A DNA stretch of 63,610 nucleotides, the filler included, from Licmophora abbreviata (Eukaryota): NCBI GenBank assembly GCA_900291995.1. It is 13 parts of 13 records of this genome, joined end to end, with 100 filler letters (N's around TTAATTAATTAA, not from the genome) between each part and the next. Parts side by side here need not be neighbours in the genome. Positions count along the whole stretch, not along the records: positions 22,341 to 25,344 come from OLMU01004437.1; positions 25,445 to 26,683 come from OLMU01004438.1; positions 26,784 to 36,478 come from OLMU01004439.1; 10 more parts are not named here. One strand, 5' to 3'. The notes beneath the pieces were generated by a model. It was not told the DNA's origin. It searched no databases and saw nothing but the letters and a program-made list of their open reading frames with translations. The stretch's first letter is position 1. Each line of letters starts with the position of its first letter. Positions 22,301 to 33,820 of the stretch are shown piece by piece. The position numbers were made by a program, and so were the translations under genes.

Positions 22301-25221
22301 NNNNNNNNNNNNNNNNNNNNNNNNNNNNNNNNNNNNNNNNCTGTTCTATCCTTGCGGTCTCGTTCCCCCTTATTGCCTTCTCCAATGGGAGTCGTGACAG
22401 CGGAATAACGATGCTCCCAAGGTGAACGTCCCTGGCCATCTCGAGCTTCCTTTTCTTCCGTGGCCAAACAAGCGCAACGTTCTCGCCTCCGCCTGGAGAC
22501 GAGTTGTGGACTGGTGGCTGCCGCATTTGCTCTCGCGACACTGTCCCATCCTCCCCGGGACCGGCAGAGCTCTTTCGTATTGGAATAGCTCCAGGTTCAG
22601 AAGAATCTTCACATGAGACATCCATGAGCGCGCCATCGAGATCGGAATCGGAGCTCCGTTTAGCAGCCTGGCGTTGTTCAAATTGCTGTCTTCCTTTTCG
22701 CCAGAGGGCCCTCATCCCGGTTACGCCTGCAGCCTGGGAATCTTCACCGATGCTACTCGTGGATGTACCCGTGGACGCAAGTGACTTGCTCGACGTACCT
22801 CCCTTTGCAATATCATCAAGACCCAGCAATCCAAGACTCCTGGCTGCACCCGCCGCGCTATTCGATTCCAGCCCCCAAGAAGCATTTCTTTCTCCAGTGG
22901 GCTGTACAACAGTGCCTAGCGCTCCGCCACCATGCGAATATACACGGCGGAGATTCGACGTACTTGTCGGTCTTGGTGCAACGACATGCGGAGAAGGCAG
23001 CGCAGGCAAGACTTGTTCCTTGACATACGGACTCTCGTCAATGTTGAGCGGAGGTAGAACTGCCCTTGCGCATAGCTCAACGGCAAGTGCCGTGCCTTTC
23101 GGGCGCTTCACTTTGTCCCATCTCATTTCTTCATAGAATTCAGCGGTTCCATTGTCTCGTTTGCTCAAGACCTTGCTGTTTGAACATCGTACTCGGGCTT
23201 TGGGAATGGATGTAAGTCCCGATTTTTCTATTCTTGCCTGTACGGATCGACGGCCTTGAATTCCTTTCGTTTCGTCATCGCCGACCCCCGAAGCACTGGC
23301 AGGCAAGGTAACAAGTCCGAGCTTGACCACAGGGCAGAGAGGGACATTTGGGAGCATACTTAGGGGTAAGTCCGCCGCCGATATTATAGATACTCGAACG
23401 GTCCAAGGTTCACCAGCTTCGTCACCGGATGATGACTGGAGATCAGAATAATCGCCAGATGCTTCGCCATCGAATTCCGATTCAGCCGACTTCGCAGGAA
23501 TCACAGACAATCCTCCATCTCGCTCCCACTGTGACGATTCTTTTCTTCGTTCACTGCGAGCCAACGTGCCATTTTTTCGTTGCTCGGCCTTCGAAAACGA
23601 CGTCGTCGTATCTCGATCACCAGAAGATCGCGTATTGGACCGCGAAGAACTCTCGCGTTTTCTCCCTCCCGCACTACCACTCGATCGCTCGTTCGTCCAC
23701 TGCGGCCTCTTTTTCGGCATGGTTGCGGGATCTCTCCTCCCGCAAAGACGATGCTGCAAACGCGCTCGACTCGCGTCGAGAATGGCGTGACGACGAGCTC
23801 ACATCACGATGGAGAGATGAAGAGGTTGGGCGAGAAGTGTGCGAAGACGACTCATTTTCGTCGCCTGATGTACCGTATTTCGATCCCTCTCTCTTCTCTA
23901 CCCTTTCTCGTCGCAGCATGCGAGAACGCTCACTGACTGATCTCTTTCTTCCAGAGCTTGCACTGGATTCTCTTGAACGGCTGCGTGATATCCTTTCCTG
24001 CTCACGAGCAGTCGTTTCCTCAACGCGAGATTTTTCGTGATGTTCAGTTCGCGACCTACGATGACTGCTCTTACTGTCATGGTCTTTCAAGCTGCGATCA
24101 TCGGCAGAACGACGCCGGTGAGAGCTGCTCTCTCCGGTCTCTTTTCGATTCGAACGATCTGACTCAGATCGTCGCCTCGCTTCTTTGAGACGGCGCCGCT
24201 CCGCACGCTCCTCCTTGGACAGATGCCGATCCGCGTGTTTCCCGCGACGTTCCTGGTCGTCGCCCTTGCCCGGGTCGTCTCTGTGACTCCACGAGGCCTT
24301 TCGCTGCTCCGTCTCTTCAATGATCTCGTCCACTCTGTGGCTCCGTGACGATTTTCGGCGTTCAGAATGGTCCGCGTCCTTGCTCGAAGACGTGCGGTGT
24401 TCGCTTCTAGTGCTGCGTCTGCTCGAATCGTTTTGAGCAGACTCTCGACTCGACCTAACCGGAGACACATCATCCCGAGAGGAACGCTCCTTCTTCTTGA
24501 GAAGGCGTTCCATCTTGTCAGTACCATCGCGATGACGTTCGCTCCTGGAGGACTTCTCCTTATGTCCGGTTCGACGATGTTCACTGTTGTAGGTTCCCTC
24601 CCGAGCAGACGGGGCGATCGCATCCAGTTCCACGCCTGACGAAGGGAGAAGATGAGCATTCGGTGTTGGATCTGTTGTCAGCGTTCCTCCAGCATCGTCA
24701 CTGCTGACAGTCGATCGACGACCTGAACGTGAATCCTTGAGTATCCTGTCTACCTCTGCTTGCCTCCTACTTCGATCCTGTTTCTCAATCGTTCGAGAGT
24801 ATGCAGTCCTCTTGGAGGAAACGCCAGTCCTGTCACTACTCGCAACGACAGAACTTCCTGGAATTCGATACTGCTCCGTCATGGACGCTCTCCTCGTGGC
24901 GCGTCCGTACGTGGGAGGTTCCAAAGTACCAGAGCGATGCCCAGAGCGCACGCCGCCATTCGCCTCTTCCCGCTCTCGCATACGACGACGCTCATCCGTA
25001 TTCATACGATGCTCAAATCCCAAAACAAGTTCGTCGGCTCCACGTTGTCCGCGGAAGGAGCCGTCGTCACGATGAGAAGACGACCTGATGCTGGAAGACA
25101 CCACGTGATCGGACGAGTGCTGCAACGAATCCTCCCTCCCACCGCTAGAGCTATGTCGACGACGACTCGACGCAGCCTTGCTCCGACTCGACTGCCGGTC
25201 TTCATTCGTACGAGAACTCAT
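16332..25221 (-). CDS. Very large C2 + DENN + WD40 protein (DENN-type Rab GEF, SCD1/DENND3-like layout)
   Basis: Charged R/S/E N-terminus; C2-like WTVRVSIISAADLP...EQWYQF; DENN motifs VVDFVAIVG, WFCFPDG, AVLTECKILLHS, LIYPFSWALPYIPVLP, FIEAPLSYILGV, FVNCQHFHQF; WD40 GHRGGV, GHTGRV, GSDRTLRIWD, SSWDGTVR. Introns 16978-17061 and 20613-20697; frameshift ~23690; two gaps. Confidence 0.8.
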
Positions 25222-25803
25222 GATGGTGATCAAGCTGATGAATGAATGCCTGTCCACGCTGTATACACCACATTCAACATACCAAACCTGTCAATCCGGT
25301 GGGAGAAATGAAAATGACTTGCTGGTGACCCGAGGAAAAATTTGNNNNNNNNNNNNNNNNNNNNNNNNNNNNNNNNNNNNNNNNNNNNTTAATTAATTAA
25401 NNNNNNNNNNNNNNNNNNNNNNNNNNNNNNNNNNNNNNNNNNNNTAAATTTGGAAGGTGAATATATTGATATTCATTCACTTATTAAAAGTTATAATCGC
25501 CGGGGGAGTTCGCAAGACTTCCCTACAGATTTCCAAAAAAACTTGCACCGGAGACCATCATACCTGCTACTCCGGTATGATACATGGCAGGTACACTTCC
25601 TATACATCCGTCATCGGCGGCGTATCTCCAGGTTGCTGCATGCAGTTTCCTCACTTCGTTTTCTGATTTCCCTTTACCTGGCACGACCTGCCATCCTTTT
25701 AAACTGGTGTACTGGTACAGGTAATCTACAATCTGGCAGCGGTGCATGATCAGTTTTACTGCACGTTGATGGCGGATGGAAAAACCATCCTTCATCTTTT
25801 CCC

Positions 25804-26683
25804 ATGTTTAGGGCTCTCGTACGTCAACGCATTGCCCCTCGGCAAGTTTTAGAGTACCCGCCTGAAAATAACGAGAACGCGCCGGTGATACCCTATCATA
25901 GAAAGCGCAAGATGATACTCCTAGTATGGGCACTTCTTGCGGCTATTCCCTATCTTGCGCCTTTATTCGAAAGCCTCGCTCCTGGATTGGAATTTGAAGA
26001 GGTATGGTCTGTGTCTCCTCGCTCGGCTTTGGTTCTTGCCAAATCTTGTCCTCATTTTCTTGCTTTTCTGCCTCCAGTTTGCTCCCCGAGATATCAGTCG
26101 TGGAAGATGCACGCCCAACGATGACCTTTCGAGTCCACCTCGGCCTATCGTAGTGTTTGGAGCAACCCGAACCGGATCCAATCTTCTTGTCAATTTTTTG
26201 AAACTTCTAGGCACACAAGTCAACAATACCACCAGCGTCCTAGCGCTGTATGAGATCTATTCAGTAGCTAACTTGAGCCATGTCATGGAAGAGGAGTATC
26301 ATCGACTGTGTCCTGGAGGGTCGTCGGGATCTTTTATTCAAGGCGTCTTCGAGGCGTTCGACGCTCGTTGGACACACCCGATGGAACTCATTCGACACAT
26401 TTTGGACATTCGAACGAATGCACCCTTGGCGTACTTTGCAATCAAGCTGCTCCCCGAGCACCTCTTTTTCCGACTTCATATGCCTCCAGCCGAATTTCTA
26501 CAACAGTTTGTGCCGGTTGCGGACCAATCACGACAGGGCAAGTATATCATCCTGTGGAGGCGACGTATGATTGCTTCATGGGTGTCTCGTGCTATCGCCC
26601 TCCAAACAAAATCATGGAATGGAACACAAACTGCAAAGGAAAATGCTGTGCGCGCTGACCAACGAAGTGTGGAGCAGGAAATT
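25804..26683 (+). CDS. Stf0-like sulfotransferase, type II membrane topology; intron 26002-26077; 3' end lost in gap
   Basis: Exon 1 KRK-MILLVWALLAAIPYLA (basic residues then TM). Exon 2 has a PAPS-loop-like VVFGATRTGSNLL, FAIKL, and ILWRRRMIASWVSRAIALQTKSW. GT..AG junction is phase 0 and in frame. Confidence 0.75.
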
Positions 26684-26886
26684 NNNNNNNNNNNNNNNNN
26701 NNNNNNNNNNNNNNNNNNNNNNNNNNNTTAATTAATTAANNNNNNNNNNNNNNNNNNNNNNNNNNNNNNNNNNNNNNNNNNNNAAATGTAGCTAGAGAGG
26801 CATTGAATGCTTGAATCACCTCGTCAATTGCTTACTGTCACAATCTACTGTTTCACAGTCCATTTATACGTTCGTATCCTACTGCT

Positions 26887-28101
26887 TTAGGACCGTTGCA
26901 CCTGCTTCCACTTTTCATCAAAGACGGCGTCAAGCGGACGGCATTTCATTTGCTCATAAACTTGCTTTGCTGACGACAGTTCTTGATCATCGAGAGAAGA
27001 ACGACACGACTGATTCCGAAGTACAAAATAATGGTCATAGGGAACCGCGATACTGTGCTCCTCCTCTCCCGGAACAGTACTTCCTACGCACGATGTTATT
27101 CCTTCCTCCATGTCGCTCAGTGTAACGCCAGGAGGCGGGTACGCAAAGTACACCAAGGAAGCACGAGGTACGCCCCCCGTCGGACTGACGACGCGATGTT
27201 TGGGTGACGGCCAGCGAACGACTGGAACATTGGTGGAGGACTGTTGCGATGATGCGCCACTGCGCCAAGTAGTAGATAACAGCGCATTACCCATGGCCAA
27301 GCTCGTAACATCGCTGAGATGGACGACAAAGCAAAGCATGGAGTCGGCTGTAATGGTAGAAACGACATCGACCCATCTCTCATGATGTTGACAATAGGTC
27401 TGCAATCCTCCGACAGTATCTTGCCACACACATGTCCAAGAACCCCAATCGGTATGCGGAGAGGAGCCCAGAGTGTCAGTCTCATCCACTGAGTCATAGT
27501 AAAAGACCCGCATCAAGTCGACATTGCAGCGACGAGCATGATGGAGTGCTGGACATGGATCATTCTTCAACAGTAGATTGGGAGGCAGGCCCAAGTCCAC
27601 CGTCACAGCCCGGACAATCGAATGCAGCGCCTCAGCCCAGTCGTGGAGCTCGTGCCTATCTTGGTTTCTTCCACGACGACAACACCGCTCAATCTCCCAG
27701 GACTGCTTGGGCTCGGCCCCCTTGGACGTGGCAGCTCCGCTTTCGGCCGATCGACCGCGATACACGGCGATGGGCTGTTGTCGGTGTGATGAAGATGAGA
27801 GACTCTTAATCGTTTTAGGTTCGAAAAGTTCTCTTATCTGTTCTTTCAAGGCTGTCGAGTCGAGACATCGGAGAGGCGAGTGTACCGGGAGTTTTCTTCG
27901 ATCTACAACCACTTTACACCAGCCCCAGTGACACAGCGCCTCGCGGAGCGTCGAGTTGTTCGACGGTTTACTATCATCATCATTCTCTCTACCACAGCAA
28001 GCATCTGTCAAGTCATACACCGGTGGAGGGAAACACGTACAGTGCCACATGTCGTCGTCGTCGTCGTCGTTCGATCCATCCACAATCAAAGCCTCCATCA
28101 C
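26887..28101 (-). CDS. 2-oxoglutarate/Fe(II) dioxygenase (IPNS/DIOX-like)
   Basis: HTD (PHTDWGSWT), QDTVGGLQ, distal His in KHRVV, RxS in RASLVYFAYP. Confidence 0.85.
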   Translation of the reverse strand: MMEALIVDGSNDDDDDDMWHCTCFPPPVYDLTDACCGRENDDDSKPSNNSTLREALCHWGWCKVVVDRRKLPVHSPLRCLDSTALKEQIRELFEPKTIKSLSSSSHRQQPIAVYRGRSAESGAATSKGAEPKQSWEIERCCRRGRNQDRHELHDWAEALHSIVRAVTVDLGLPPNLLLKNDPCPALHHARRCNVDLMRVFYYDSVDETDTLGSSPHTDWGSWTCVWQDTVGGLQTYCQHHERWVDVVSTITADSMLCFVVHLSDVTSLAMGNALLSTTWRSGASSQQSSTNVPVVRWPSPKHRVVSPTGGVPRASLVYFAYPPPGVTLSDMEEGITSCVGSTVPGEEEHSIAVPYDHYFVLRNQSCRSSLDDQELSSAKQVYEQMKCRPLDAVFDEKWKQVQRS

Positions 28102-28376
28102 TAAGCCACTGACCCATCATCGTCGCGTTTGAGACTTTCACACACGCCATCATCAGCGCCGCGTTTCGAATTCACGAGCTCTCAGTTTCTTGCGAGCTAA
28201 AACTTCTGGTGCCCGTGGAGTCAGTCTTCCACGTGGCTTTTCGTGGATTCCTGATTCCCCTCGCCGACTCTTGGGCAGCGACATCCCGATGCTTTCACAA
28301 CATGGCATTTTCGCAAGAACGATGCCGTTGCGTTTCTCTTTGATTCATTCTCATCGCGCTCCACCCACCCCACAGC

Positions 28377-29129
28377 ATGTCTTATTCCACCAGTCCTCCT
28401 ATACCCTCCTGGTACTTTTTAGTATTGGGACTTTCGCTGGGTTTCAATTTTGCATCTTCGGAACAACGAACCTTGCTTGACTTATTCGGTGCCTGGCAGT
28501 CTGTCGTCAACGCAGTCTTGGTTCCGCTCTACTCCCTGTGCGTCTGTTTGTACTTTTCGTCCTCTTTGCTGAGCGCATCGAACTATCGGTACTACTTTTT
28601 TCAAAGAAAGCAAGTAAAAGAGACTGCTTCAGCTGATAAAGAAGAAGCACTACAAGAACTCCCCGGCGCCTTTGCAGCGGGCGACGATGCTGAGCAACCC
28701 GTCGACATGAGCGGTTCCTTCAAACTCATCAAGAACGAAAATTTTGATGGCTTCTTGGCGGTGCAGGGTGTTCCATGGGCAGCCCGACGCGCTGTCGAAA
28801 AGGCTCGACCTGTCCACAGATTTACTCACAGAGGAAACATGATTCAAATCAAGATTGAAGGCGCATGGACGAGCAGTACGACCTACCAGATCAATGGCCC
28901 TCCACAGGAGTGCAACATTCGAGGGCGCATCTTTCGAGATCTCGTCAAGTATCTGGAATCGGGGGATGGTATCGAGACACATAAGAAGGCAGTGACGGAA
29001 GATTATGACATTATCGTGACGCGAAGACTATCGGAAGATCGAAAGAATCTAACCATGACGAGTCGCGCCGTCTTCAACGACGAGCGAGAACCCATTGAGT
29101 CCGTACAGGTTTTTGAGCGTGTAGAGTAA
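28377..29129 (+). CDS. FABP/lipocalin-like protein with N-terminal hydrophobic segments
   Basis: MSGSFKLIKNENFDGFLAVQGVPWAARR matches the FABP N-terminal signature (GxWKLxxxENFDxxxxALGV); beta-rich remainder ending VQVFERVE. Confidence 0.7.
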   Translation: MSYSTSPPIPSWYFLVLGLSLGFNFASSEQRTLLDLFGAWQSVVNAVLVPLYSLCVCLYFSSSLLSASNYRYYFFQRKQVKETASADKEEALQELPGAFAAGDDAEQPVDMSGSFKLIKNENFDGFLAVQGVPWAARRAVEKARPVHRFTHRGNMIQIKIEGAWTSSTTYQINGPPQECNIRGRIFRDLVKYLESGDGIETHKKAVTEDYDIIVTRRLSEDRKNLTMTSRAVFNDEREPIESVQVFERVE

Positions 29130-29735
29130 TGTGCTTGAAAATTAGGAAGCCCTGAGATTGTAATCCTTGTTTGTCGCGCTATAGCATCCGTCTATTCTGG
29201 CAGGACTACCCCAATATCAGGTTGTCTCTAGAATCCGTGATCACCTGCCGCGGTCGTCAGCCCCTACTGAACATTCGAAGCCTTGAAAGTCGAATCCAAG
29301 ACTGAGACATCTTTGCAGACCATGGAGATATTCAATAGAGTAGAATTCACTTTGCTTCTAGCCAATGAATCGTCGCAGAATGGCACTCGTACATCAGAGA
29401 GCGTCTCGAACCATGGACTGCTACCCTCTTCATCTTCTCCGCTGATACATCCAGTTTCGCTAGCGACGATGGTGTTGGGCTAACAAGACAGATGGTGTGG
29501 TCAAGAGCCGGAAGATTGTCGCCACGCTTGACACAACACGGAGCAGTTGCCGTAGAAATGCACTTCTACAGGACAATCATACTGTAGAGGAGACGAGAAG
29601 TCTAACCAACGATGGACACAAACGTATCAGCCACAGTACTACGACAAGTTAAAAAGAGTAGCGTCTGTTCATTATATTTAATGGAAGACATGGATATGTA
29701 CATCAGAGGGCTCACCAGTTGAGCAGTATAGTTTC

Positions 29736-30170
29736 TTATTCGAAGTGTTCAAAGTCTATGGCAACAATCACGGGTCTTGATAATGACTTGATTCGAGCGG
29801 ATTTCTGACATCTTATCGATGTCTTTTCACGTGAATCTTCGTTGGGTTCCTCCAGACAAAATTGACCCCACTCCTTGTCATCATCTTCTCCAGCCGAGGA
29901 AGTAGTAGTACTAGAAATAGTAGATGCAACAGTGATGCTGCCGAGAGATTCGTCGGAGGAGCATCGACGCCGTTTCGCTCGAGGCGCGTGATGGGAAGAG
30001 CTGCTCTCGCGAAGATCTGTGAGACACTCGTAGGCCTTGCGGGATTCGACGCTTCCCCACCCCCGTTTGCATCCCAGTTTCGTTCGTCGGATGACAGTGG
30101 GCGAATCCTCGACATCGCTGCCTAGTGACAAGCGTGCGAGAGATATACGTGAAGAGTATGTTCGATTCAT
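29736..30170 (-). CDS. Small Ser-rich hypothetical protein (acidic WGQF motif)
   Basis: 144-codon ORF from ATG 30170; shares motifs with the divergent neighbour. Confidence 0.6.
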   Translation of the reverse strand: MNRTYSSRISLARLSLGSDVEDSPTVIRRTKLGCKRGWGSVESRKAYECLTDLRESSSSHHAPRAKRRRCSSDESLGSITVASTISSTTTSSAGEDDDKEWGQFCLEEPNEDSREKTSIRCQKSARIKSLSRPVIVAIDFEHFE

Positions 30171-30702
30171 AGCAGAAGTCAAGAAGGAGGTTTGGTATAG
30201 TTATGAGATAAGCGTGTCAAGGTCGAAATGACAAGATATCAAGATGGATGCGATTGTGAGAGAGGCGAGGTAGACAAAGTGAGTTGATTTGTTCTTGTGA
30301 TGCTCGCGGTGTCAGCGACTTGGCACCGAACGCACTTCGTCGTCGTGTGATTGGCCAAAGTTTGGCGCGCCGCACAAAGAACGACTGAAATTCAAGTTCG
30401 GTCGTAGGCAGGCATGTCATCGTGTCATCGCCACGTAGGAAGACGCAAAATTAATTAGTGAAGTTCGCTAAAATGTCGTAGAGGAAGTTTATCGTTAAGT
30501 AACTCCGATGACGACACTCCTTTCAACTTGCGTTTTTGACACTGGTTGCTCCACGTCACTTCTCTGGTCGCAAGAAAATGCATTCCACTTCAATTTCTCA
30601 CACGATCTTTCGCTCACAATCCAGTATTGAAGCTCATCCTCGCTGCTCCTGTCACCAAAGACTCACAAGAAAGGTCTCCTCCCTTGCATCAACGAACAAA
30701 CC

Positions 30703-31026
30703 ATGCCAGGAATCATGAACAACAACTTCACCGCCGCTCGTCGACGACGCGCGGCTACCAAAGCTCCAGTCCTGACCGGTTTGGCCAGTCTTAGCATTTG
30801 CTCACCAAGCACGTCTAGTACTACGAGTACAGCCTCATCCTCATCCTACACGGCGAAACCCAGTCTCTCCCGTTGTAGCTACTACACATCGCTCTCCACT
30901 ATGTCATCGGGAGACAACAGCGTTAGCTCAGGGGCATCTCGTTCGCGACGATTCATCGACACTGCCGGCGACACAGAAGAAGACTCATGGGGACATTTTG
31001 TAGACCTCGGCAACAACTACCGATGA
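30703..31026 (+). CDS. Small Ser-rich hypothetical protein (acidic WGHF motif)
   Basis: 107-aa ORF ending EEDSWGHFVDL; shares motifs with the divergent neighbour. Confidence 0.6.
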   Translation: MPGIMNNNFTAARRRRAATKAPVLTGLASLSICSPSTSSTTSTASSSSYTAKPSLSRCSYYTSLSTMSSGDNSVSSGASRSRRFIDTAGDTEEDSWGHFVDLGNNYR

Positions 31027-31278
31027 GAGGCAGTCACTCCTTCTACTACTGTTGAGTCACTGGCTTCAGCACTACACAAAAGATCATACAATAGAGTCCC
31101 CACCAATTTAAAGCTTCCCAGTTCGAGGGAGCACCATCTGGATTGGATCCGGTTTTCAGCACCTCGACCTTACATACATCATAGCAAATATACCATAGAA
31201 ACCATGCTGCTACGAAACTATCAAATTTTCTCTAGGAACTCTAGACACGTTGACTATTCCACGCTTTAGAAAACTTTG

Positions 31279-33503
31279 TTATCCCATGGCATTCGCGATA
31301 CAAGCTGTCAGCCCGTCCGTGTCATCGAGCGCGAGCGGGTCGCTGGTGGACTTTTGAATCACTTCTCCACCCGGAGTTACGTGCACAACCTGACGTACAA
31401 TTCGAACAACAACCTCCTGATGTACGCTTCCCGAAGCATCTATCGTTGCTTCCGTACCTCCTAGTATGCGTGTCGGTGTTGCAATCTCAGTTCGATAGTT
31501 GCCAGACAGGAACACAGCATAGACACCATAGCAGCCAAATAGAAACCACAAGAGATGTAGTATTCCAAAAACGCACTGTCGAATCGCTGCAACTTGTCGT
31601 TCCTCTCTACTAGTGAGTTTCTGGTGGCCCACACCAATGTCAGATGCCTTGTCCCGCATTTTTTGTCGCATGGCAGCGAGACGACTCTTGATGGTGTCCT
31701 GTCCGCGCTCGTTCCCAGCCCCAGCGGCCGCAGCGGCATGAGGATACCACGACAAATCCATCTCCTTGTCGTCTGCAAGGAGCTGATTGATTGTTTCGGT
31801 TCTCTTGTTGTTCATGATTTCGTCCAGATATCGATAGAATCGAGATGAAGCTGGTTCGTCGCCATTGGAAGGTGTGCTGTGCGGCTCGTGTGGTGGTGAC
31901 ATGGCACCCTCGATCCAAGAAGGTGCAGCGGGATCCATGGGGCTGGTTTCGTATGCCAACCCAGCTCGAGGGCGAGCTTGGTGATACTCTTGCTGTTCTT
32001 CCCTTTGGTCATCGTGCTCGACATCCCTTTCTATCTCGCCATTCTCATCAACAGTCTCAACTCGCAAAAGATCCTCCAAGTCGTCGTTGATGTCAGGCTC
32101 GTTTCGCTCGGACGGAATTTGAGAGACCGGACCTTCAGTTCTCCGAAACACTGTTCCCTGTATTCGATGCTCCTTTTGACGATCTATAGCAGCCGCTCGT
32201 TGCGATATGCGTTCATTGAGAAACTCAACATCCACCTCATCCTTCCATTCGTGCACCGTCTCTACGCGGTACTGTCCCGAGTTTGCATCGTTCGCGCCGT
32301 CAGCAGTAGCGTCAGTCTCTTCGGAGGCAGGAGAAGTATCCATGCGAATGTTACTTGGTACTTCGTCCTCATATCCCGGTGGTCCACCGAGACTGCTTAA
32401 TAGAACTTGTTCAACCGTACTATCCGGTTCGCCCAACAGATGAGGATCCAAAAACGTGTGTCGTTGATATTGATTCCGTTCATACCGTCGTCGCGCCGCT
32501 CCTTGGTCTGGCTTCCCGCGATGCACGGCATCTTCCATTTCCAGCGCATGGTTGATGTAGGCCGTCACTTCTGCTAATGCCAACGTGGCAGCAGGATCCG
32601 TCGTTACCTCCAGTCCGGCCCAAACCGTATCGGCAACATCGCACAAGAGTCGCTTGTTGCGTCCACTGCTCGCGACGTCGACCAACCGACAGCCCAAGAC
32701 CGAGAGCTGATCCAAGAGAGCCTTCATTTCTGGTGTACTAATTATGAGTGGCGTTCAGTGGAAAGTCAAGTTAGCATCGTGAAAAGAGCCAAACATACGA
32801 CGCTTCGGATGATACACACTCACTGCAAGGCTTCACTCAATTTCACCAGACTGGCCGTTGCATCAATCAAAGCCTGCCTCGATGCCTCACTCGCTAGTAC
32901 ATCGATCATATCCCCTCCCACTCGAACAACCTTTTCTCGAAAGACCTGTCCCCGTTGCGTACTTCGAATGACCGTCATGACATGATGCACACTGCTGCTC
33001 AGAATCCGAAACCAATCCTTGGCGCGGGTCGGCGTATGAAAATTGACATAGTCCACAAAGGCATCCCAGAGGGCCGGCAGTAAAATCGTTCGAGTCACAT
33101 GAATCGGGGGTGCTACAAGTTTTCCAGTAGTAGAAAGCGTCATGCCTCCAGCCAGTTTCAACAGTTCCAGCGTGCCACTCAGTGCGCTCTGGGCCAGCTT
33201 GTCTGGAAGACTGCGGGGAGGCTCTTCGTCATGTTGTTGTTGTTGTTGTTGTTCAGAGGATGGCCGTCGACGACGATGAGGTGTTCGAAGAGGAGGAGAA
33301 TGTAAATTATAATTTTGTCCGGCAGGAGCCGACGGTGCCCACGACGACGAAGTCGCAGAGGCACCGTCGTCGTGTTGGTGCAGTGCGGCAAAGAGGTCGC
33401 CGTCCGAATGGTGCCGTCGATGATGAGGTAACGAATCATCCGCTGTCGGAGACGATGCGTTTATGGACACTTCGTATTCATCACCAGGTTCAGGAGATTC
33501 CAT
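31279..33503 (-). CDS. Hypothetical protein with a C-proximal transmembrane segment; intron 32738-32823
   Basis: Two long ORFs joined in frame (LSEAL-H-TPEMKALL) by a GTGAGT...TAG intron; TM CVFGILHLLWFLFGCYGVYAVFL. Confidence 0.7.
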
Positions 33504-33820
33504 TGTTCTAGATTAGCACGACACTCAAAAAAGACTTCTACTCCTTGTCTGATACCGTCGTCGTCGCCATGGGGCGATGTCATTCTTCGTGAGCGACGGC
33601 AGATTGATGTCAGGATTCGTGCGAAACGAACACCAATCTTCTAGTCGAGTGAGTCGAGTCGAGTCGATTTGATGAAGGTTTCGATGCCACGGGGAGCTTC
33701 GCGATGGCATTGTGTTGTGTCATTGCGATGACGCGGATGCCCATGGATGGTTTGCGGGAGGGACGTAGAAAGGCATTGATGATCTGTTTCTGTTTGTGAA
33801 TTTACCAACAGCTAGTCATT

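Noticed and set aside
29283..29483. Short ORF with LQTMEIFNRVE resembling the FABP-like C-terminus IESVQVFERVE
   Set aside because: Similarity is limited to a few residues, with no ATG start or convincing splice path.
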